Shown: positions 55,014 to 64,000 of the stretch, one piece after another
Layout: each line of letters opens with the position of its first letter
Numbering within the stretch: the first letter of the stretch is position 1
Origin: Podarcis muralis
Lineage: Eukaryota
Assembly: GCF_964188315.1 (NCBI RefSeq)
Contig: NC_135660.1
Location: 41,478,001 to 41,542,000 of the forward strand
Length of the DNA: 64,000 nt
Reading direction: 5' to 3'
Program-made: the position numbers and the translations under genes
The notes under the pieces: model-generated
What the model was told of the DNA's origin: nothing
Databases searched by the model: none
The model's input: only the letters and a program-made list of their open reading frames with translations

Positions 55014-58000
55014 ATGGAGCTCGGGGCGGGCGGCGCGGCGGGGCCCGGGCAGCGCGGTGGGGCAGAGCCGGGCCGCCAGCTCCTCCTGCTGCTGGGCGGG
55101 GGCGACGGTGGAGGGGCAGGTTGGGCGTGGCCCGCGGGGGGTGGCGGGGCGGGAGGGACTGGCACGGACACGGAGGCCGGCCCGGAGCCGGACTACGAGG
55201 CCCTCCCGCGGGGCTCCGCCGCCTCCACCCACATGCTCGCAGGGGCTGTGGCGGGGGTGCTGGAGCACAGCCTCATGTACCCGGTGGACTGTGTCAAGGT
55301 GAGAACGGGCGCCGAGCTGCTCTCCGGGAGCAGGGCGGGTGCTGGCGGGGGGCGGGGAGCTGAGACGAGACGCGGGAGTCCCTGGGCAGGACCTGAGAGC
55401 GGTTAACCGGCACACGATCTTCATTAGTGTTGCACTTTAATCCGCATCACCGGACGGTCCGACTAGATCCGAATTTAGCAAAAAGGGGAGAAGCCCCAGA
55501 GTTGACAGAAAGGCGAAGGAGGTGTCCCCCGATGAATGCGATGGAGCTAACGACTTCGGGGAGGGATGGATCAAACACGTTCTCGGCTCTTTTGCTGGCT
55601 AATGGCAGAAGTGCCAACGAACGATCACTTGACAGGAGAGTTAGGTGTTGCCGCCACTAGTTGACAAGAAGCAAGATCGGTTTCCTTGATCACATTTCAG
55701 GCCTTCACTTTTGCCGCCAAAGCGACCGACCTGGTTCCAGAAATATTTGGTCTCAGTCATGGGGTTGGGAGGAAGGGGTAAGGTGGTGGTGGTGGGGGTT
55801 GTACACACGGGAGAGTCCTGGCAGACGGGAAGCTCCCCCCCCCCCCCCCCTGATCTGCAGACACCTGCAAAGGCTGCCTGCCAGCACTCATTTGTGTGCA
55901 GCCATCAAATGCAGCTGAATGGCTCTGAAAGGAAGGAGTGTCCTGGGTTGGGAGAGCTGGGTGTGGAGCACTTACTAGGCTAAGTCCCTTGGCATATCTA
56001 ACCTGCTCCCCTCCCTGCGCTGGCAGACAAGGATGCAGAGCCTGCAACCGGAACCTGCTGCTCGCTACCGGAATGTGCTGGAGGCCCTGTGGCGGATCGT
56101 GCGGACTGAAGGGATCTGGCGACCCATGCGTGGATTGAACATCACAGCCACAGGGGCAGGCCCTGCTCATGCCTTGTATTTCGCCTGCTACGAAAAGTTG
56201 AAAAAGACACTTACCGACATTATCCATGCTGGGGGCAATAGTCATGTGGCCAACGGTATTGTCCCTTCTTGACTCCTTGCCCCACCCTGAGGGTCCCTAT
56301 GTTCCCAGCTAGGACTGTTAGTGAAATGAAGAACTGGATGCCTGGTTCTTTCTTACTGCTCTTATATTGCTAACTTCTGAATCCTGTTTACTATTGACAT
56401 TCTTCCCTGATGCTGTGTTCTGCTTCACTCCAAGCATTATCTAACCATGATCATTAGGAATGTAGGATTTGCCATTGACTTTTGAAAGGAATTTGTGAAT
56501 GAGAAGGGATTGTGGGAATATGGGGCAGATAGCTGCAGTTTCCACCAGAGCAGACAAACCTTTTTTTATTGTGAAGATAGTTTGAAATATGATAGAAGAA
56601 TGGGTGTGTTGCTGTTTGTATTTCATTTTGACTTTATATAGTGCTCTTCCTTTGAAGCAGCTGTCCCAGATGTGTCCATGTTTGTATCTGCTCTTACATT
56701 TGTCCTTTTAGCATCCTCATTTTTGAGTGGGGAGAACCCCAAGCTTGCTGTAACGTGTTGTAGAGTCTGGTCTGCTTACATTTACTTTTTCACACTAGCA
56801 TGCTTCTGAGGCTCCTTCATCTCTGATAGTCTGGACAGATAATAGGAAGACCCAATTAGCTGGAGATCCTAGAATTTTGGAACTAACTCGTCTCACTCTG
56901 AAGCTTGTTGGATGTGTTAGCAGGATGACGGCAGAATCCTAAATAGCTGCAAGAATCCTAAATAGCTGCAAGACGGTCTTGGCTCTTCTCTGCTCTAGGA
57001 ATTAAAGATGATAGATAATTTACAGTGCAATCCTAACCATGTTTACTCAGAAGTAAGTCCTATTTAATTCAGTGGACTTACTCCCAGGTAAGTGGAGTTA
57101 GGATTGCAGTCTTAGTCTTCTGATTCCCCCCCCCCCCCAATCCTTCCAATGTGGGTCAAGATTAATATGATAAATATTGCCTGCACTGGAACCTTGAATA
57201 TTTCTGATATTCCCTTTCTGAAAACTGATGCTAATTTCTCAATGAACTTTCATTCTGTCTTTGGGAGGTGGGTGTCCCTATTTGCTCGCGTACACTCCTC
57301 CGGTGGCACATTCTGAGAGCTCCTTAGGTCTTCTTCCCACTTTTCACATGTAATAGTCCTTGTTTTGCAGGCGCAGCAGGCTGTGTGGCAACATTGCTTC
57401 ATGATGCAGCCATGAACCCAGCAGAAGGTAATGTTGCTTCCCAGCAGTCCTGCAACTTTCATGCAGCTTGTGCTGCTCCCTTCTTGTCACCAGGGGGTGC
57501 TTTCATGTTGCTTGTGATACAGTTCAGACATGCAGCCTTACCTGCTACAAGGGTTCTTTGGATGCAGCGGGTGGGTGGTGGACAAGACTTTGGCTGAAGC
57601 AAAGAATGTATTTGTGTGTCTGCCCTTGCTCTTGGTGTTGATAAATGACATAAAAACAATATTGCAACTTGTCTTTCATATTTGTGTTCCCTACATTGCG
57701 TAGGCAAAATCAGATCACATTTCAGTAACCCCTGTTTTTTACTTGGTGTCTCACAATTCCAGAATTGGGGCATTACTGTTTTTTCATGAGTTGTAGAGTT
57801 CTGCAGGATTTGCTGGGTGGGTAGATAGATCACACTGAGGCAAGTTTAAGGGAATCTATTCAAGTGTTTACATAGAATGCACACTGTTCAGATCACTGCA
57901 CTTACTTATTTATTTTTTCTTTGCTCCTCCCTGCCCTTCTCTCGTCTCCATGGCTGGGCTGCTGCTGTCATCTTGTGATCAGTGGTAAAGCAGAGAATGC

Positions 58001-58500
58001 AGATGTACAACTCTCCATACCAGCGAGCAACAGACTGTGTACGTGCTGTATGGTGCAATGAAGGGGCAGGAGCTTTCTACCGAAGCTACACCACTCAGCT
58101 GACTATGAACATCCCCTTCCAAGCCATCCACTTCATGGCATATGAATCTTTGCAGGAACACCTCAATCCTCACAGACAGTACAACCCTAGTTCCCATATG
58201 GTGGCAGGGGCCTGTGCAGGGGCCATTGCTGCTGCTGTCACCACCCCATTGGACGTTTGCAAGACACTGCTGAATACCCAGGAGGCCCTGGCACTGAATA
58301 CCAACATCAGTGGGCACATTACAGGCATGGCTCATGCATTCAGGACGGTGTACCGCGTGGGTGGGCTGACTGCCTATTTTCGAGGGGTACAAGCACGTGT
58401 CATTTACCAGATGCCCTCCACAGCCATTGCCTGGTCTGTGTATGAGTTCTTCAAATACTTCCTTACCAAGCGAAAGGAGGAGCGATTGGCTGGGAAGTGA
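55014..58500 (+). CDS. SLC25A28: Mitoferrin-2, mitochondrial iron carrier
   Basis: Exons 55014-55298, 56027-56255, 57371-57427, 57983-58500; 1089 nt, 362 aa. Gly-rich N-terminus starting MEL, PDYEALP motif, carrier signatures [39 protein letters not shown] at 58905-58910. The N-terminus and the position next to ENTPD7 favour SLC25A28 over SLC25A37. Confidence 0.96.
57021..57115. mobile_element. Short palindromic MITE family (GCAATCCTA...TAGGATTGC); another copy at ~39836-39925
   Basis: Inverted ends GCAATCCTAA / TTAGGATTGC with shared core TACTCAGAAGTAA...TTACTCCCAGGTAAG. Confidence 0.6.
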
Positions 58501-59148
58501 AATGTGACTCCACCCGCTGGATTGGCTGGTGCCAGACTCAGATGACAAGCAAGCCTTTGGAATAACGATGCCGCCTCTTGCCTGCTGCTGCATTTTGCAC
58601 AGCCCATCATCCTTCTCCCAAATGGATAGTAGACAATGAGCAGCAGCTTGGCCTACCCTTTTCTAGCCTGTCACCTAACAAGCATCTCCCTTGCCCCAAA
58701 AGTTGTATTCCCTTAAAAGAGGTGGAGACTACCGTGAGCACATTGGAACTTGGGGTGATGACCTGCATACCCTGAATGGGTTGCTGTTACGATAACGTGG
58801 TGATGAAGGCAGGGGAAGTGTTAGCTGAGCTGTTGTCTAGTAGCACACACACAAACCTCATGCTCTCTGGGAAGGCTTTGATTGTTGTGGCCCTTGGCAC
58901 CTCCAATAAAGTCTGCTTTATCGTCACAGCCCTTGTTTGCTCTTATTCTCCTTATCTCTTGCTCTCTTTTTAGCAGCACTATAGGGCTTTGTTACAGGTA
59001 AGTGGGCCCAACCTATAGCAGGGTGGTCTAAATTGTTTCCTCTTGTGGTAGGTGAGAGAGTAGAAGGGAGATTAGTATCATATAATGCCACATCTTGTAT
59101 GACTAATATTGATCCATGAAGAACCAGCTTTCTATTGTCATTAAACAG

Positions 59149-59202
59149 TATTTGGAGAGCATCTATGTTCCTACATATTTGGAGAGCATCTATGTTCCTA
59201 CA
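59149..59202. repeat. Perfect 27-bp tandem duplication
   Basis: TATTTGGAGAGCATCTATGTTCCTACA twice. Confidence 0.95.
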
Positions 59203-62200
59203 GGATACCAGCACCACGCAACTGACAGCTTTAGGTGATTCTTGTTCCTCCCATATATATTTCAGCAGTATTCTTACCTACCAACATAGCTCAAACACAC
59301 ATTCTTATAGTAGCAAGGGAAAAGATGCAGTGTCTGCCTCAGTCAGGTGTTCTTTCAACTGGCTTGCAGTGTCCTCCAGTAATATATATACTGTGATGGA
59401 AAATACACAGGTGCATGTGTGCACATATGTAAAAAAAAATAGTTATTGTTCCTATTATACTCTATCACAACAGAGTAGCAATATGAAAGAGCAGAGCCAG
59501 GCTGTAGTTTGAGAACAGGCAGACAGGTGATACTGGGGAACGCCATTTATCCATCTGCAGTTATAAAGCATGCATTCTCTGCTTGCCTTGTCCTATGATG
59601 CTGGCCCCTCCATGCTGCAGGAACTCCAAAAGTACGGCACTTAGGTTCCAGGTAACTTTTAACTTGGAATGGCCAAGTGGGCTTCATCTTACTTCTTAGG
59701 GGGGAAGTGTGGCAATCTTTCCTCCTACTCTTGATCCCAAGATTTGGAATGTGTCATTTAGGAAGAGGAAGAATACACAAATAAGGCAAATATAAACCTC
59801 TGACTGAGCCAGTGTCTTACTGAACAGCCTGTCTGCTTCCTAAATGTGCCCTTTGCAGCAAAGTGAAACCTCAAAACAATACATCTGTCTTCACTGGCTT
59901 ATGATGGATGTAGCCAAGTTTTAGATTTCCTAATGCATACTTTCTGTTGCATTAGGGTTATGTGAGTGATGGAGAGAGAACTGATGTTTTAGAGCTTTGA
60001 AGTCGAACCAAAGGGGCAAATACTGTAGATCTTATGTTCAAAATGCCTATTCATACATGATTTTGCTAGCTGTGCTTCTTGCTGTTTTGACCTGTCTTGG
60101 AAGGGTAGACTTTGACAGGAAATTCTTGTCTTCCTGGGAAATAAAAGTTGTTGCGGCAATGCAGAGGAGAGCCTGGTGCTCATTTCCCCTCAATCTTTTG
60201 AGGTGGTGTAAACATTAATTTTGAGAAAATTTTCTCTCGTGTCCCAGTTCACATGTAATTCAAACCATGAATAAATAAGAATGCATAAGCATGCCAGGTA
60301 CAGGTGGGAAATCCTGCTGCTACACTCCTGAAACTAAGCCATGGTTTGGCTTAGTGTTCTATCCAAGCCTGGCCTTGTGGCTTGTATTCTGCAAGCAAAC
60401 CACAATTGGTAAGCCAAGAACAACCCCTAGTTGCGGCTTGTGCATTGTCAGGAGCAAGACAAACCATGAACCTCAGTATGGACATAATGCTAAGTCAAGC
60501 CATGGCTTAGACCTGGGTAGCAGGGCAACAGGAAAAACACAGAGTACCTGCACACTAGTGGAATTCCTGGCATGTGGCTTTTGCTAATTCTTTCAGGAAA
60601 ACTATGGATGTGGCTTGGAACTTGTACATAACTTCCAAGTTATCAATCCCTCTTCCTGCAGTAGTGACTTAACAGGCATAAACAGAGGAGCCAACTCTTC
60701 CCCCCCCCCCAGTTAATGGGCATTGTCATTCAAATGGGGTGTGTGCATCATGTCATGTTGATTATGGGGATGGCTTACATGCCCTCCCAGTATTTTATTC
60801 AAGTTGGCACCCCTAGGCAGAACTTGGGCTGGCAATGGGAGTTTCTCTCTCTCTCCCCCCCCTTTTCCTGGGACTAAGGTAAATAGTGGGGAGGACTTTA
60901 CCTGTTTAATTACTGACAGGCTGCTGCAAAAGACAGAAGAGCAGTGCCAGTTAAAAGCTCCAGGTTCAGTCCTCAACATCTCTAGATAGGATTGAGGATG
61001 TCCCCCATCCAAAACTCCAGGGAGCAGCTGCAAGTCAGAGCAGTTCAAGACAGACAACATCTGGAGTGCAAAACGGGGTATGATGTGTTCTGAGGACAAG
61101 ACAGCAAGGCCCAGAGGGCTGCATTTGCCCCCTGGGCCTGAGGTTCCCTACCCTGCCTTAAAGCAGGAGAATCAACTAGGCAGAAGAAATGAGCTGAATA
61201 GGATCTGTTATCTGGATCATATTCGATTATAATTAGTGCAGCCTTATTCCCCTTCCATTCTATTCCAGCTTTATGTATTGTTAATAAACACAGTAGTAAT
61301 CTTTTGTCTCATTTTCTGATTTCCTCTTCTGATCCTTTCCCTTCAGGGAGAAACCTTCCTTCCCTCTGTCCCCTTCCTCCTTAAAATTTTATGTCTCCAC
61401 ACCAGGCTATGTTGGCTTGAGGCTGATGGGAGTTGGGAGTCGTGTCCAACAACGTAAACCTTAACCTGATCTTTTATTCCCCTTCCTTCCCTCCCACCCC
61501 CCTTTTTATGAAGATTACCCGCACTGGGATCCCACAGCTAATTCTCCCCTGGTTCTCCTTGCTGGCCTAAATAGAACTAATGTAGCCAGCTAGCCCTGGT
61601 GATCATCTAATGTTTATTGGATGGATTTCCCCCTAAATTGATTTTGAATTCTGAATTTACTGTTATTCATGTTTTGCACTGTATTTTATGCTGTTGTGTT
61701 GCATCACTTAAGTGTTTTAAATTTTGTTGTTAGCCGCCCTGAGCCCGGTTTTCTAAACTGGGAAGGGCGGGGTATAAATAAAAAATTATTTATTTATTTA
61801 TTTAATAACGTCTTTAGCGGGTAGAATCATAGAATAGAGTTGGAAGGGATCCCGAGTGTCATCTAGTCCAACCCCCTGCAATGTAAGAATCTCACCCACA
61901 GCTGTTCCTGGGTTGGCTGGAACCACCAACTTCTGGTTAATAGCCAGATGCACTGATCAATTGCATCCAAGAGGTTTAAAATCTGGTCAAATGGATGTGT
62001 GTAATTTGCCAACTGCCTCACAGCACACTCAGACTGTGATTCATGGTTATGGGAGTGGCAACTGCCTCTTTTCCCATCACCCCAACTTCCTCAGGATCGC
62101 CAAGACCTAAAGAAAGGAGGCAAAGCAACTCCTACAGTAACCCCACCACCAACAGAGTAATAAACAGATCCCCTAAAAGTTTTCCCTCTGGTGGGCAGCA

Positions 62201-62851
62201 AATGCAATCTCTTTTTACCCCTTGGACTTTTTACCTCAGGATCCCTTCCAACTCTGTGATTATATGGCTCCCCCCCCCCCCCCCCGCTCAGCCCCTTCAT
62301 TCCTTCAGTTAATATTGTGGGCAGCATAAAGCAAACTGCTGGTACAGTATCCAGGAGGTCTATTTGGGTGCGCCCCCTGGTGGTTTCTTCCTTGTTCACC
62401 AAACTTACTGTGTACATTTTTTCATTCTGTCTCCCATGCCAACAAATTCAGTGGCGGGCGCTGGTGGTGCCCATCTGCAACAGGCAGGGAAGAAAGCAGG
62501 AAGCCCAGGCAGTAGACAGAACAAAAAAACCTGTAGTTTTGTTCTCACCAGGCACTGCTACGCTCTGGACCGGTTGCAAGTGTGGAGGCAGCGCCCCATT
62601 GACCCTTAATGGAGCCGCCTCCTCTGGCTAACCTGACACCTTCGGCGCTAGGCTCTTGTTCCAGACCATTTTAACCGCCAAGGGCTCACCTCCGGCGGCT
62701 GCCGTTCGTTCGCGGAGGGGGCTCCAATCCGCAGGGTCTCTTGCGGGGCAAGACGACCCAGCTCGCTCAGGTTCGAAGCAGCTCCCCTTTGCGCAGCAGT
62801 TGCGTCCGGCTTTTCTAAGCAATAAGAAATCTCTTCGCGGCCATTCATGTG

Positions 62852-63036
62852 CATAGGAGCCAACTCCTAGGGGCCGAGGGGGTCTTGGCCCACCCCCAAT
62901 AAAATATTTGAGGAGGCTCCCTCCCTCAATGGATGGGCATTGCCATTCAAATGTGTGCGTGCACCACATCATGTGATCGGTTATGCGGGGCGGGGCTTAC
63001 TCCCCCCCCAATACTTTATTCAATTTGGCACCCCTG
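62852..63036. mobile_element. hAT-like MITE (a second copy lies at 60683-60815)
   Basis: Ends ..GGAGCCAACT and TTGGCACCCCTG; the interior (ATGGGCATTG.CATTCAAAT, TGGGGC.GGGCTTAC-like, TTTATTCAA) is shared with 60683-60815. Confidence 0.6.
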
Positions 63037-63149
63037 TTCACGTGGGAAAAGACAACCCTGCTTTGAAGCAAGGAATGGCCGGACACAGACTCCCCACGTG
63101 CCTTGCCCGTCCCAGTGAGCTGGGTCCCCAGCACAGGCAGACCGAGAGG

Positions 63150-64000
63150 GGAGGTCCTCGGCGGTGCCTTTGGCTAAGGCTACCCCATCTATCTCGAGGG
63201 CATCCCGGAGGGGCGGGGCCAAAGCACAACTGACGGCGAGGCGTCTTTCAAGCATGTGCAGAGTACCTTTTCCCAACCACTAAGTAAGCCAGGCACATTT
63301 CTTCGCGTCAGGCCTGAGTCACACAGCAGCGCTTTTCCTTTACTGGGGGGGGGGGGGGGTATGCACTCTCTGTCTGCTTCTGCCCCGCTTCCCCGACTCA
63401 GGGCGGGGGCGGATCCGACATTGAACTGCGCCTCCTAATCCCCCGCTCGCCCCCCGGGATAAAAAAGGGGAACAAAACCGCGGCTCCCCCGCCCTCCCGG
63501 GCGCCGCGGGGGAGGCAGGGCGGGCCGTCAATCTCGCCCTTTGTCCGGGCCCCCCCTCGGCCCGCCTTTTGTCCCCCAATCCAATAAGCGCCGCTTCTCG
63601 GCCCCTTCCAGGCGCTTCCTTTCAGAGCCGGCCCGGCCGCCACAATGGGCCTCTCCGCGCCGCGCGCGGCCCCATTCAGCCCCTTGGCACCCTCTCCTCG
63701 CCCGGGACAAGGGGATTACAGCGGCCGGCTGGCCACCTATTAAAGGCCCGAGGGAAGGAGGCACCTCCGGCCGCGGGCAGGTACCCGGCCGCGCAGCCCG
63801 CCGTCTCGCCGCGCCTCCAGAGCGGCATCCAAATGATAGGAGAGCCGAGGCCACAGGGAGGCGGAGGGGGACCTTGGGCGGCCCTTCCAACGCCCGTCGA
63901 CCTTCTCCCTTCAGGAACCGGGAGCCTGCGGGCCACGGAGGTTGCAGGACTCCAACTCCCATCGTGCTCGGAGTTGTAGTCCAGCCGCGACTGGAAGCCG
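63150..64000. promoter_or_regulatory. CpG-island-like GC-rich element with no recognisable gene
   Basis: Dense CpG; CCAAT twice (~63576-63586), GC boxes, TAATCC/GGATTA, ACAATGG. No recognisable protein in any of the six frames. Confidence 0.45.

Noticed and set aside
53934-55424. Several long overlapping ORFs (e.g. 53941-54621, 54882-55424)
   Set aside because: They arise from GC-rich promoter DNA and the (GA)25 run (ERERER/LSLSLS), or are shadows of SLC25A28 exon 1; no recognisable protein.
58501-59830. Iron-responsive element downstream of the mitoferrin-2 stop
   Set aside because: The CAGTGN hexamers checked (~59328, ~59367, ~59810) lack a 5-bp flanking stem and lie beyond the polyA signal.
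62600-64000. NKX2-3 coding exon expected by synteny
   Set aside because: No homeodomain, NK2-SD or GIRAW terminus in any frame.

Overview
Vertebrate genomic DNA, very probably a squamate lizard. Sauria-type SINEs, a young L2 LINE and hAT/mariner MITEs suggest a lacertid-like genome (inference). The window is a compact block corresponding to the human 10q24 gene run: ABCC2 (minus, exons 1-21; the rest lies beyond position 1), CUTC (minus), COX15 (plus, head-to-head with CUTC), ENTPD7 (minus) and SLC25A28/mitoferrin-2 (plus, divergent from ENTPD7). I traced every coding exon by eye to GT-AG boundaries and the joined frames stay open. The main surprise is a complete intron-containing V-ATPase e2-type gene (ATP6V0E2-like, 81 aa) between COX15 and ENTPD7. 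In human those two genes are neighbours and ATP6V0E2 is on 7q36. Other points of interest: inverted near-identical SINEs bracketing CUTC exons 2-4 (a 342-nt stop-free in-frame cassette), a ~42-bp-spaced CCAAT array upstream of SLC25A28, an open in-frame intron and a uORF in ENTPD7, a fold-back around a GATA microsatellite in ATP6V0E2 intron 1, and an orphan CpG island at the window end. No tRNA/rRNA genes or CRISPR arrays were seen. Homology calls rest on recalled protein sequences, not database searches.
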